Source: an uncultured Gammaproteobacteria bacterium (GTDB taxonomy: Bacteria > Patescibacteriota > Microgenomatia > JAMCZE01). From it: DNA of 64,000 nucleotides. Below are positions 35,814-45,948 of the stretch, one piece after another. Position 1 is the first letter of the stretch, and each line of letters opens with the position of its first letter. Below the pieces are notes generated by a model. It was given only the letters and a program-made list of their open reading frames with translations. It searched no databases and was not told the origin of the DNA. The stretch is taken from the NCBI GenBank assembly GCA_964576435.1, contig CAZNUP010000001.1, positions 34,345 to 98,344 on the forward strand, written 5' to 3'. A program made the translations under genes and the position numbers.

Positions 35814-36692
35814 CTAATTATTTTCTGAAATAATTCTACCTTGTAATGTTCTAAGTTCGTCTAAAAATTCTTCCTCTTGTTCCTTTGTTGGTGGTTTCCC
35901 ATGCCATTCAAAGTCTCCTTCAATTGATTGCACCCCTTTACCAGGAATTGTGTTAGCCAAAATCACAGTCGGTTTATCTTTAATTGTCCACGACTCATGG
36001 ACTGCAGCAATAATTTGTTCCATTGAGTTACCATCAATTTCAATTACATGAACATTAAACGCTTTTAGTTTGTCAAAAAGTGGTTCGAGAGGTTGAATTT
36101 TTTCTGTATATCCATCAATCTGAATATTATTTCGATCAATAATGTAAGTAATGTTATCTAATTTCCTATTCCCCATCATCATAATTGCTTCCCAAGTTTG
36201 CCCCTCGTTCATCTCTCCATCAGACCCAACTATGTAAACTCTCCAAGGAGCATTAATCATTTTAGAAGCAATTGCCATCCCCACCCCCACACTCATTCCT
36301 TGTCCAAGTGGCCCAGCAGAATTTTCCACTCCAGGAGTATTTTCGTGATATGGCTGTTTGCCTGGATAAATTTGTTCATGGTGTGGGTGTCCTTGAAGTC
36401 TTGAACCAAGTTTTCGAAGTGTCAAAAGCTCATCTTTCCTAAGTATTCCAGCATGTATTAAAGTTGTATAAAGAATTGGGCATGTGTGCCCACAAGATAA
36501 AACTAGTCTATCCCGGTCCGCCCAATTTGGATCATCTGCCCTATATTTTAAAAGGCCACCAAAATAAAGTGCAGTAAAAATATCAGCAAGATCGAGTGGC
36601 CCTGCAGAATGTCCAGACCCAGCAGCCACAAGCATCCGAATTAAATCTTGCCTAATTTCATTTGCCTTAAGTTCTAGATCTTTAATGTCCAT
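35814..36692 (-). CDS. Transketolase N-terminal subunit
   Basis: SGHSAG, RDRLVLSCGH, LQGHP, GPLGQG, SDGEMNEG, WHG. Confidence 0.95.
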   Translation of the reverse strand: MDIKDLELKANEIRQDLIRMLVAAGSGHSAGPLDLADIFTALYFGGLLKYRADDPNWADRDRLVLSCGHTCPILYTTLIHAGILRKDELLTLRKLGSRLQGHPHHEQIYPGKQPYHENTPGVENSAGPLGQGMSVGVGMAIASKMINAPWRVYIVGSDGEMNEGQTWEAIMMMGNRKLDNITYIIDRNNIQIDGYTEKIQPLEPLFDKLKAFNVHVIEIDGNSMEQIIAAVHESWTIKDKPTVILANTIPGKGVQSIEGDFEWHGKPPTKEQEEEFLDELRTLQGRIISENN

Positions 36693-36697
36693 TTTAT

Positions 36698-37294
36698 TTA
36701 GGTTTTTGTCTTCAAATAACTATGTTCACTACTTGCTTGAAGGGCCTTAATCTTCATAAGAACTTCCCCGGGTGTTGTAACAATGTGATAGACCTTAAGC
36801 TCTTCCGGACGAAGGTGCATATTTTTTCCAAACGCCTCTATGATTTCATGCCAAAAATGCCCAAATAAGATTAATGGTTTGTGGTGTCCAAAATTAAGTC
36901 GCGCCAGTCCCCACGCCATTCCAAGTTCTGAAATTGTTCCAGTCCCTCCATTAAAAACCACATAAACGTCAGATTCATCTAGGATCGTGAGAGTCCTCTC
37001 AACATAGGTTTTAGTTTTAATTTCCTCATCAAAATGATTCTCTTCATCTCTCCCCTCAAAAAAAGCCGGATGATTTTTGTCATGTGGATCAGGGTAATAT
37101 GTGATCCCCACTGCTTTCCCTCCCCCAGCATGAGCTCCCTCAGTAGCTGCTCTCATAATCCCAGGCCCTCCACCATCAACAATCGTAAAACCGTTTTGAG
37201 CAAGAAGTTTAGCGCTCTCAAACGCTTGTTCATATTCCCAATCAGTCTTTTGGGAATCTGCGTACCCTAAAAATGCCACCTTAGAAACATCCAT
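36698..37294 (-). CDS. LOG-family nucleotide phosphoribohydrolase
   Basis: GGGPGIMRA, ER, NGGTGTISE, KPLIL. Confidence 0.88.
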   Translation of the reverse strand: MDVSKVAFLGYADSQKTDWEYEQAFESAKLLAQNGFTIVDGGGPGIMRAATEGAHAGGGKAVGITYYPDPHDKNHPAFFEGRDEENHFDEEIKTKTYVERTLTILDESDVYVVFNGGTGTISELGMAWGLARLNFGHHKPLILFGHFWHEIIEAFGKNMHLRPEELKVYHIVTTPGEVLMKIKALQASSEHSYLKTKT

Positions 37295-37295
37295 T

Positions 37296-37925
37296 TTACG
37301 AAGTAAGATTAACTAGATTTTCATAAGATTCGGCAGGATTTGGAGAATTAATAATATAGCTACCAACAACCAGAGTTTCTGGTTTATAAGTTAATATATT
37401 AGCAATACTTTCAACATTAACTCCTCCATCAACCTCGATCTCTCCAAAAAAATTGCCCTCATGAAGATCCTGAATTTTCTTTAAATTATCCGCTAAAAAC
37501 TCTTGTCCCTGTTTGCCGGGGACTATTGTCATAATGGTGACCGAGTCAAGTGTTTCCAAAACTGGCTCTATATCTGAAATTGGTGTTTCCGGAGCAATTG
37601 CCACCCCCACAAGAACATTTTCTTCCATAAGTTGTTCGCAAACATCCCGAATATTGTCAGCCGTTTCCCATTGGATAATAAATTTAGTAAATCCAATTTC
37701 TTTAAGTTTTGGAATGTAGTCAAACGGCCTTGCCACCATTAAATGTGCTTCGAAATTAATGTCTTGGGGCAAAAGTCCAATTCCCTCAGGCTTTATGCTA
37801 ACAAACTCCTCAAACGAACCATCATTAAAATCGACATGGACCCGGTCCGCAAATCCGACAACTTTTTGAAGTGACTGTGCAAATTCTTCAACTGTTTTTT
37901 CTTCAATAGCAGGAACAATATTCAT
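37296..37925 (-). CDS. rpe: Ribulose-phosphate 3-epimerase
   Basis: HVDFNDG, EAHLM, MTIVPGKQGQ, VDGGVN, VVGS. Confidence 0.92.
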   Translation of the reverse strand: MNIVPAIEEKTVEEFAQSLQKVVGFADRVHVDFNDGSFEEFVSIKPEGIGLLPQDINFEAHLMVARPFDYIPKLKEIGFTKFIIQWETADNIRDVCEQLMEENVLVGVAIAPETPISDIEPVLETLDSVTIMTIVPGKQGQEFLADNLKKIQDLHEGNFFGEIEVDGGVNVESIANILTYKPETLVVGSYIINSPNPAESYENLVNLTS

Positions 37926-37984
37926 AAAAGAAGGATAGCCGATTTACCTACAATAATCTAGAGATTAGACAAAATAGAGAATAC

Positions 37985-39637
37985 TTACGAACTTGTCATC
38001 AGTAGTTTTTCTGAATAGGCCTGATCAATCCCAGTTTTTTTTCTAGGATTAAAAATTCCGTTAGGATCAAAGATTTTCTTTATTTGTTTAAAGATATCAG
38101 TAATCTCTGACCCAAATTGCAGTTCCACAAATGGTGCTCGAATAAGACCATCATTGTGTTCTCCTGAAATTGACCCTCCAAATTTAACTGTTAAATCGAA
38201 GCATTCTTTTCCAACACTAAATATTTCACCTCTCTCTTCTTTATTATTCATATCCATCAAGGGAAATATGTGAAAGTTCCCATCCCCAATGTGTCCAGCA
38301 ACCGTAAACGTCATTTTCGATTTATTTAAAATTTCATAAAGCTGTGGTAAAAATTCTGGCAAGTCTTTGGGAAGAATTGTTAAATCGTCAATAAAAGGCG
38401 CCGCATATTTTCCTTTAACTCTTGTTTTTAAAAGGTTGAAGCTCTCATGTCGAACTGCCCACCAGATCTCCCGCTCCACTGAATCTTCAATAACTTTTCC
38501 ACCAACTTCTGCCTGTAATTCTTTTACTTTCTCACTAACTTCATTCTCACTATCCCCTTCAAATTCCACAAGAAGAACTAACTTTGCTTTTTGAGCTTCA
38601 GATAGTAGATCAACAGCAAACTCATGTGGCGCTTCTGTGTAATGTTTTGCCACAATTCCCATCAAATCTGGGAAATATTCAACAGCCAGTTTAGTGGTAT
38701 ATTCATCAAAACACTCAAATGCCGTTGGCTTTTTAGAAAGTACTTTAGAAACTAAATTTGGGATTTCTTTAAAATCCATTAAGTTAATAACTAGAAGTTT
38801 GTGGGCGTTTTTAACTGGCACTAACCCCAGTTTCACTTCAGTCATAAGTCCCAAAGTTCCTTGTGACCCAACAAAAAGTTTACTCATATCAAAAATTCCA
38901 TTTTCCACAATCCCCGACGGCCTCCCGTCAGAAGTTTTATCAGCTCCCGGAGTCCACACATCCCAAATCTGATATCCAGTGGAGTTTTTTGAAACCTGTG
39001 GTCTATGTTTTTGAATTAAATCGTAGTTTTTTGACAAAACTTCAAATACCCCACTATAAATCTCTCCCTCCAAATCTTGTTGTGCCATTTTTTGTTTAAG
39101 CCCATCCTCTCGCATTTTATTAAATCCGTATTCTTTTCCATCTCGAAGAACCACCTTAACTTCTTCAACATAGCGGACAGTCTTCCCATAAGCTAAAGTT
39201 TTCTCTCCCCCAGCATTGTTGTTAACTATTCCCCCAATCGCACAAATATTTTTTGAAGCCGGGAATGAAGGGAACAAAAGTCCCTTTTCCAAAGTTGCCT
39301 TTTCAAAATCTCGGTAATAAACACCGGGTTGAGTAATTCCAAATTCTTTTCCAATTTCAATTATGTGGTTAAAGTTCTCAGTAAACGACACAGAAATCGA
39401 ATCGGTAAGTACTCCCCCACTCATATCTGTTCCGGCAGATCTTCCAGTCAGTGACAATCCAGGATTTTGATTTACGAAGTTAACCAAATTTGTTAAATCT
39501 GAGATGTCTTGTGGGCAAACCACTACCTGAGGACGAACTTTAAAAACTGACGCATCACGAGAAGCCTTTTCAAGAGTCGCTTCATCAGTTAACACTTCTC
39601 CTTTGATAATTTTTTTAAGTTCACTGGGCAGATCCAT
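37985..39637 (-). CDS. FAD-linked oxidase (GlcD/D-lactate dehydrogenase family)
   Basis: RSAGTDMSGG, IGGIVNNNAGG, GSQGTLG, GHIGDGNFH, GEHNDG, FDPNGIFNP. Confidence 0.9.
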   Translation of the reverse strand: MDLPSELKKIIKGEVLTDEATLEKASRDASVFKVRPQVVVCPQDISDLTNLVNFVNQNPGLSLTGRSAGTDMSGGVLTDSISVSFTENFNHIIEIGKEFGITQPGVYYRDFEKATLEKGLLFPSFPASKNICAIGGIVNNNAGGEKTLAYGKTVRYVEEVKVVLRDGKEYGFNKMREDGLKQKMAQQDLEGEIYSGVFEVLSKNYDLIQKHRPQVSKNSTGYQIWDVWTPGADKTSDGRPSGIVENGIFDMSKLFVGSQGTLGLMTEVKLGLVPVKNAHKLLVINLMDFKEIPNLVSKVLSKKPTAFECFDEYTTKLAVEYFPDLMGIVAKHYTEAPHEFAVDLLSEAQKAKLVLLVEFEGDSENEVSEKVKELQAEVGGKVIEDSVEREIWWAVRHESFNLLKTRVKGKYAAPFIDDLTILPKDLPEFLPQLYEILNKSKMTFTVAGHIGDGNFHIFPLMDMNNKEERGEIFSVGKECFDLTVKFGGSISGEHNDGLIRAPFVELQFGSEITDIFKQIKKIFDPNGIFNPRKKTGIDQAYSEKLLMTSS

Positions 39638-39695
39638 ATTTTAAGATTATCAAATTCCGTGAAAAATTTCTTATTTAAATTTGTATCCAAATAAT

Positions 39696-39896
39696 TCACC
39701 ATCCCCGCCACATAAGTTCCCAAATAAATCCCAAAGGCCACACAGGTAAAACCAACCAAATCTCAGGATCCAATAGATTATTTATTCCAGTAATAAGCCA
39801 ACTTTCCCAAGATTCAGTTGCGCGAAGGTAAATCAAAGCAAGAAATCCCACCAAAAGGTACAAAACAGCAAAAACCAATATTGTTTTTAGTATCAT
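39696..39896 (-). CDS. Small membrane protein
   Basis: Two hydrophobic segments; ATGA overlap with rpiB. Confidence 0.55.
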   Translation of the reverse strand: MILKTILVFAVLYLLVGFLALIYLRATESWESWLITGINNLLDPEIWLVLPVWPLGFIWELMWRGW

Positions 39897-40318
39897 CCTC
39901 TCAGTTTCCCTATTCTCCTCCTATATTTTTCCTCTCCTGAAAACTCTGTCTTAAGAAACGCCTTAATAAACATTTTTGTTTCCTCTAAACTGAAATAGTT
40001 GGCCGCAATGCAAAGAACATTTACGTCATCATCATTCCGAGCGGATTCTACTTGTTTTTTGTCAAAAGCTAGGCACGCTCTAACTTGTGGATACCTATTA
40101 GCTGCAATATCCACCATCACTCCACTTCCACAAAAAAACATCCCTTTATCTCCTTCTGTAATTTTGTCGCACGCTTTATTTACAAAATCCACCTCATCAT
40201 CATTAGGATCAAGCATCAAGTTTCCACAATCAAAGTGATCTTCCTTAAGATCGTCAAGGATTTTTTTCACCTCTTCTTTTCGAACCATCCCCCGGTGATC
40301 TGAAGCTAAATAAATCAT
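39893..40318 (-). CDS. rpiB: Ribose-5-phosphate isomerase B
   Basis: ASDHRG, CGSGV, ANRYPQVRA, NVLC, F.G..Y.RR. Confidence 0.9.
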   Translation of the reverse strand: MIYLASDHRGMVRKEEVKKILDDLKEDHFDCGNLMLDPNDDEVDFVNKACDKITEGDKGMFFCGSGVMVDIAANRYPQVRACLAFDKKQVESARNDDDVNVLCIAANYFSLEETKMFIKAFLKTEFSGEEKYRRRIGKLRG

Positions 40319-40389
40319 TCTTTAAAGCATATCATATTTTTCACACCACAAAAATGAATAATTAAGAGATACTTGGTATAATCTGAGCC

Positions 40390-42669
40390 ATGCCCAAAGG
40401 TCAAAAGAAGGTTGCCAAAGTTTCTTCTGAAAAACCTATCGTCACACCTGAAGAACCAGTTCTAGCTCTTCCCGCGCCAAAAAAACGACACACAAGGCTA
40501 AAATGGGCACTTTTAGCCCTAATTCCAGTCTTTATCTTCCTAGGAGTCCTCTACATATTAATATTAAAGGATCTCCCAACTCCTGCCGATCTAACCGCCA
40601 AACCTCCAGCTCAAAGTACTAAAATCCTAGATAGAAACGGTAAACCTATTTATTCAATCTATGTCTCTGAAAATAGAACCATTGTCCCCCTAAAAGACAT
40701 CCCTAAATCAGTTCAACAAGCAACGATAGCAATTGAAGATAAAGACTTTTACCATCATGGTGGTATTAACTTTGTGGGCGGCATTTTAAGAAGTGTCAAA
40801 GACATGCTTCTCTATCACCACCTTGAAGGTGGTTCCACAATTACCCAACAACTCATCAAAAAATCACTTTTAACAGACGAGCAAACCCTAACTAGAAAAA
40901 TCAAAGAAGCCATTCTAGCTACCTGGACCGAACAACTCTATTCAAAAGACGAAATCCTTGCCATGTATCTAAATCAAGTTCCCTATGGGGGAACCGCCTA
41001 CGGAATTGAAGAAGCAGCCAATGTTTACTTTGGTAAAGATGCTAAAGACCTAGACCTAGCTGAAGCTGCCCTTCTAGCGGGCCTCCCACAAGCACCAACC
41101 TACTATTCACCATATGGCACCGACCCAACAAGAGCAGTTAAACGTCAGCAAAAAGTCTTAGATCGCATGGTTGAAGACGGATATATTACAAAGGCTCAAG
41201 CAGACAAAGCTAAAAAAGAACAACTTAAATTTGCTCCCGGTATTTCTCCTTTAAAAGCTCCTCATTTTGTAGCCTACATTAAAGAACAACTTGTCAAAAA
41301 ATATGGTGAAGACGCTGTTGAAAGAAAAGGTTTGAAAGTAACAACCACCCTAGACCTAAATCTTCAAGAAAATGCTCAAGCAACTCTTGCTGCTGAAGTT
41401 GAAAAACAAGCGAATCTAAAAGTAGGAAACGGTGCCGCCTTAATAACAAATCCACAAACTGGTGAAATCTTAACCATGATTGGAAGTAGAGATTATGACG
41501 GCACAGGCAGTGGTAAAGTAAATGTAGTCCTGGCCGAAAGAAGTCCAGGATCCTCAATAAAGCCATTAGTTTTCGCTCTTGGATTCCTAAAAGGAAACAG
41601 TACTCCAGCAACTCCCTGGATTGATGGCAAATATTGCTTCCCAGCTTTTGCCGGAAAAAGCTATTGTCCAGGTAATTATGATGGCTCCTTTCACGGTGTG
41701 GTCCAAAGTAGGTATGCTCTTGGTAATTCCTACAATATCCCAGCTGTAAAGCAACTCGCAGTCAACAAAGTTGAAGACTTTATTGCAACAGCTAGTGCTA
41801 TGGGCATCTCAACCTTTACAGACGACCCGGAAAGATATGGCTACTCTCTAGCTCTTGGTGGTGGCGAAGTAAAAATGCTTGATATGGCTAAAGCATTTGG
41901 AGTTTTCTCAAATGGTGGCCGGAAACAAGACTTAATTTCAATTATTAAAGTTGAAGACTCAAAAGGAAACGTCTTAGAAGATAACACCAAAAAAATCGCT
42001 GCCTCCCAGAAACCCGCTAACCCCCCAAAATGGGATGGCTCAACTCCCTGGATTCCCAAAGGTAATTGGGTTTTACCAGAAGCAGTTACCTTCTTAATTT
42101 CCCACATTCTTTTAGATGACGGCTCAAGATCAGGTACATTTGGTAGTGGCTCTATTTTAAATGTCCCCGGAAAAACCGTTTCAGTTAAAACTGGTACTAC
42201 TGAAAATAAAAGAGACAACTGGACCATTGGTTACACTTCAGGCACTGATCCAAGGTTAGTAGCCGTTTGGGTAGGGAATAACGACAATTCTCCAATGAGT
42301 CCATTTTTGGAATCCGGAAACACTGGAGCAGCTCCCATTTGGAATAAACTTATGTCCCAAGCTTTAACTGGCATTAAATCTCAATTCCCCAAAGTTCCAG
42401 ACGGTGTTGCCTTTATGGAAGTCTGTAGTTTATCTGGTCTCTTGCCAGATCATGACTGTCCAAAACGTGGTGAATATTTCATTAAAGCCTTTGCACCAAA
42501 AGACAAAGACAATGTCTGGGGTCAAAAACAAAAAGTCCAAGTCTATAAAGATTCTCACAAACAACCACAAATTGGAGAAAATCCAGTCCCCGATCAATTA
42601 ACTGAAGAAGATCATATGGTAATAAGTGACCCTCTCCAAAAAAATTATTGTGCTGACTGTGCCCAATAG
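40390..42669 (+). CDS. Class A penicillin-binding protein (PBP1A family)
   Basis: EDKDFYHH, GGSTITQQL, RKIKE, SxxK (SSIK), SYN, KTG. Confidence 0.95.
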   Translation: MPKGQKKVAKVSSEKPIVTPEEPVLALPAPKKRHTRLKWALLALIPVFIFLGVLYILILKDLPTPADLTAKPPAQSTKILDRNGKPIYSIYVSENRTIVPLKDIPKSVQQATIAIEDKDFYHHGGINFVGGILRSVKDMLLYHHLEGGSTITQQLIKKSLLTDEQTLTRKIKEAILATWTEQLYSKDEILAMYLNQVPYGGTAYGIEEAANVYFGKDAKDLDLAEAALLAGLPQAPTYYSPYGTDPTRAVKRQQKVLDRMVEDGYITKAQADKAKKEQLKFAPGISPLKAPHFVAYIKEQLVKKYGEDAVERKGLKVTTTLDLNLQENAQATLAAEVEKQANLKVGNGAALITNPQTGEILTMIGSRDYDGTGSGKVNVVLAERSPGSSIKPLVFALGFLKGNSTPATPWIDGKYCFPAFAGKSYCPGNYDGSFHGVVQSRYALGNSYNIPAVKQLAVNKVEDFIATASAMGISTFTDDPERYGYSLALGGGEVKMLDMAKAFGVFSNGGRKQDLISIIKVEDSKGNVLEDNTKKIAASQKPANPPKWDGSTPWIPKGNWVLPEAVTFLISHILLDDGSRSGTFGSGSILNVPGKTVSVKTGTTENKRDNWTIGYTSGTDPRLVAVWVGNNDNSPMSPFLESGNTGAAPIWNKLMSQALTGIKSQFPKVPDGVAFMEVCSLSGLLPDHDCPKRGEYFIKAFAPKDKDNVWGQKQKVQVYKDSHKQPQIGENPVPDQLTEEDHMVISDPLQKNYCADCAQ

Positions 42670-42725
42670 TTGAAATTAGAAAGCTATTGACAAGGCCTCT
42701 CTAATAATTCACACTGATAATCAGA

Positions 42726-44090
42726 GTGATTCAAAAGAACGGGTTTGTCCTAGTAAAAGTTCTTCCCTTACTTCTTTTATTAGGAGCAGTGATTCTGACC
42801 GCTTACCTACTTGGAACTCGAACCGGATTCTTAAATAGAGCAAGTGAGTTAAAAAGCCCAACTCTCATTGACGAAGGTTTTCGATTTGGCCCCGGAGAAT
42901 TAACAGATATATTAGCTACCTCTTCAGCAACCTACAACTGGTATCCATACCCAGAATTTATTACCACTTTCCATGTTTCAGGTTCCCGTACTCAAAATTA
43001 CGCAAGTCTAAGTGGTGAATTTAAATATCATGAAATGATAGCTAATTTTCCACAAGAAAAAACAATTTCTTTTCCATTTTCTCGTACATCAGGAGGTTTT
43101 ATTGGAAATGTAAAACTCCCCTATCACGGCTGCTTAGATATAAAAACCAGCCCCCAAGAAGGAAAACTGTATTTGGGAAGCTTTTGCGTACAAAACAACA
43201 TAGTTGGGTATACTCAAGAGGGATCTCTTGGAGGTCCTAACACTGCTCACCCTTATAAATATGTCTCCGGTCAAGGTTATATAGGAGGACAGAGCAACTA
43301 CCAAACCTCAACTTACTACTATTTCGATAAATTTGTCCCTAACGTCGAAAATAACAAGTTTGCGGTTCAAGCACTAACTATGGTTTTCGACAAAACAAAA
43401 GATCCTTATTACAACCCAGTCGACCAAAGAAATTTCATTCCCACAAATACCTATTGGTCACTTCAATCAAATCTAGATCCAGCAAGTATCAGAGAAACTA
43501 GGTATGACCAAAGGCCAACAGCTTTTGTGGATTGTACGAATTCGTCATCCAAATTAGTTGCTTTCAATAAGACTTCTGATTTGGCACCCGCTAGATTACT
43601 GGATGCATCTAATATGTATCCCCCAACTTCACCAGAATGCTGGTTTACTACTTACTTTTACACTGAACCATTCTTTAACAAACAGTTTGTCACTCTTAAA
43701 AAATCACAAGAAGCCTCACCAAGTGCAACCCCAACTTTAACAGCAACTCCCTCGGCCATTCCTACCCCAACACCAAGCCCCACACCAATCGCATCACCAA
43801 GTGCATCACCCACCATTCCACCCACAGGCGACCTATTTTCAGTCAATATTATTGCTAGCCCAAATAAAGGAAAGGGTCCATTAACAGTCAAATTCAGCGC
43901 CCTTACCCCAATTGTCCCCGCTATCAAATATCAATGGAACTTCGGAGATAATAGTGCCGGCTCCACATCTAAAAAACCAAAGCATGTTTACGCCTATCGT
44001 AAAGAGCCTTACAAGGTTGTCCTAAAAGCCACTAGCCCTGAAGGTATAGTCAAAAGAGTAACAACCACGGTTACTGTAACGAAAAAATAA
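42726..44090 (+). CDS. PKD-domain surface protein with large central domain and S/T/P linker
   Basis: Pilin-like N-terminus NG|FVLVK, PSATPT linker, PKD GPLTVKF...YQWNFGD...HVY. Confidence 0.75.
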   Translation: MIQKNGFVLVKVLPLLLLLGAVILTAYLLGTRTGFLNRASELKSPTLIDEGFRFGPGELTDILATSSATYNWYPYPEFITTFHVSGSRTQNYASLSGEFKYHEMIANFPQEKTISFPFSRTSGGFIGNVKLPYHGCLDIKTSPQEGKLYLGSFCVQNNIVGYTQEGSLGGPNTAHPYKYVSGQGYIGGQSNYQTSTYYYFDKFVPNVENNKFAVQALTMVFDKTKDPYYNPVDQRNFIPTNTYWSLQSNLDPASIRETRYDQRPTAFVDCTNSSSKLVAFNKTSDLAPARLLDASNMYPPTSPECWFTTYFYTEPFFNKQFVTLKKSQEASPSATPTLTATPSAIPTPTPSPTPIASPSASPTIPPTGDLFSVNIIASPNKGKGPLTVKFSALTPIVPAIKYQWNFGDNSAGSTSKKPKHVYAYRKEPYKVVLKATSPEGIVKRVTTTVTVTKK

Positions 44091-44112
44091 GTTAAGCACT
44101 TATAACAATTCC

Positions 44113-45279
44113 TTAAACTGCTGAGAATCCAACTAACACCCAAAAAAGTGTATACTCTGAAACTGACACAATATTTGTCTGAGATTTAAAGAAAAAAATT
44201 AAGAGCGCAGCCAAAAAAAGAAATTGTTTTTTCTTGTAATAATTTCTACAGGCAAATAAAAATATTAAAACCCACAAACTAAATCCTGGAATCCCGGAGG
44301 CAACTAAAATTTCCAAGGTTTCATTGTGCGCTTTATCGACATACACCTCTCCATGGGAATCAATTTTCTTAGGATATGTAATTTTAGAAATTGCCAAAGA
44401 AAAATTCTCAAGCCCATAACCATTAATTGGTCTATTTAAAAATGCTACAGACCCTCTCACCCACATTCTTTGTCTAGAAGCAGCAAAAACAGGGTCTGTT
44501 CGAGGCACAAAAGTCACCCATGAATAAAACCAAAAAACAAAAATAATAACTGCCAAAAGCCCTATTGCTATTCCCATCCTTTTTTGCTTTTTAAAAATCC
44601 ACAACCAGACGAAAACTGCGGAAGTCAGTCCCAAAGCCAAAAAGGCCCCTCTCGAGTTAGACAAATATATTGCAACCAATGTTACTGTTGAAACAATAAT
44701 GCGCACCCACAAGTTTTTCACCACAAAAATAAATGGAAGGCATATCACCAAAAAACCCGCCAAAAAATTCGGGTTACCAAAAGTTCCAACATGCCTTTCT
44801 AGGTATTTGTAAGTTGGAAAATTCCAAAAATAGTTAGCAACAACTGAAAACAAAACAAACAAAGAAACAGAAAAACCAGAGCAGATTAAAACTTCAGCAA
44901 GCAATTTTCTATCCCGTTTTTTAAATATTGAACAAATTACCCAAACCAATGCCACATAACATGCCAGAGTAACAATCCCCTCTTCCCTCCAAAAAAGACC
45001 ATAAAACGAGTTTAAAGGGTTAATCCCAAAGACAGATATTAAAAAATTCCAAAAAAAGTAAATAAAAATTAAAACTACCATCTTTTTATTTCCACTAGCT
45101 TCCTGTCCTCGGACCACCTGCCACCCACATAAAATAGCTAGCACTAAAACCCATCTCTGAAAGAACCAAATTTTTGTGCCTTCAAAACCATTAACGAAAC
45201 TTGGCACAAACAACAATGGCAATAAAAATAGCCCCGTGAAAAATGTGATTCTTGACAACTTGCTTACAATCATCAACAC
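44113..45279 (-). CDS. O-antigen ligase/O-oligosaccharyltransferase-like membrane protein
   Basis: Multi-TM; GTFGNPNFLAG, SRGA, R..MW, GYGLENF, AHNETLE. Confidence 0.87.
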   Translation of the reverse strand: MLMIVSKLSRITFFTGLFLLPLLFVPSFVNGFEGTKIWFFQRWVLVLAILCGWQVVRGQEASGNKKMVVLIFIYFFWNFLISVFGINPLNSFYGLFWREEGIVTLACYVALVWVICSIFKKRDRKLLAEVLICSGFSVSLFVLFSVVANYFWNFPTYKYLERHVGTFGNPNFLAGFLVICLPFIFVVKNLWVRIIVSTVTLVAIYLSNSRGAFLALGLTSAVFVWLWIFKKQKRMGIAIGLLAVIIFVFWFYSWVTFVPRTDPVFAASRQRMWVRGSVAFLNRPINGYGLENFSLAISKITYPKKIDSHGEVYVDKAHNETLEILVASGIPGFSLWVLIFLFACRNYYKKKQFLFLAALLIFFFKSQTNIVSVSEYTLFWVLVGFSAV

Positions 45280-45288
45280 TGATTATAG

Positions 45289-45921
45289 ATGAAGAAAAAC
45301 CAAGGTTTCGTCTTAACAAAACTTGTGCCCCTAATACTTTTAATTGGGGCTGTAGTTGTAACTGCCGTCTTACTAGGCCAAAGAACCGGTTTTTTTAATA
45401 GAGCTGCCCCTCTAACCAGTCCTCAAACAGGACCTAATCCCACCTATAATAAGTGTGTTAACAATGCTTGTACTCCAGTTATTGGTGTTGGAATAAGCGA
45501 TTGCCAATTAAATGTTCCTTGTGGAGCAACCCCAAGTGCCACCCCAAAACCAACTGCCACTTTAAGTGCCACTCCCACCAAAACCCCATCACCTTCACCT
45601 AAACCAAGTGCAACCCCCACTTCCTCACCAAGCGCCTCAATCACACCCCCTCCAACCGGAGATCTGTTCTCAGTAAGTATTGTTGCTACCCCCAATAAAG
45701 GGAAAGGGCCTTTAAAAGTTAAATTAAGCGCCCTAAGTCCCTACGTCCCTATAGTTGATTATCAGTGGAATTTCAATGACAATAGTGGAGGATCCACTTC
45801 CAAAAAACCCACCCATATTTTTGCTTACCGCAAAGAACCTTATAAAGTTGTACTAAAAGCAACGGGTCCAGATGGCAAGGTAAAAAGGGTAACTACCACA
45901 ATAACTGTAACTAAAAAATAG
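45289..45921 (+). CDS. PKD-domain surface protein (short paralogue)
   Basis: N- and C-termini highly similar to 42726-44090; small Cys-rich central module. Confidence 0.78.
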   Translation: MKKNQGFVLTKLVPLILLIGAVVVTAVLLGQRTGFFNRAAPLTSPQTGPNPTYNKCVNNACTPVIGVGISDCQLNVPCGATPSATPKPTATLSATPTKTPSPSPKPSATPTSSPSASITPPPTGDLFSVSIVATPNKGKGPLKVKLSALSPYVPIVDYQWNFNDNSGGSTSKKPTHIFAYRKEPYKVVLKATGPDGKVKRVTTTITVTKK

Positions 45922-45948
45922 ACTAGCTCACTCTGCTAAAATAGCTTC

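Noticed and set aside
43715-43826. Tandem-like C/A-rich repeats (also 45525-45657)
   Set aside because: They simply encode Pro/Thr/Ser linkers; not an independent DNA repeat
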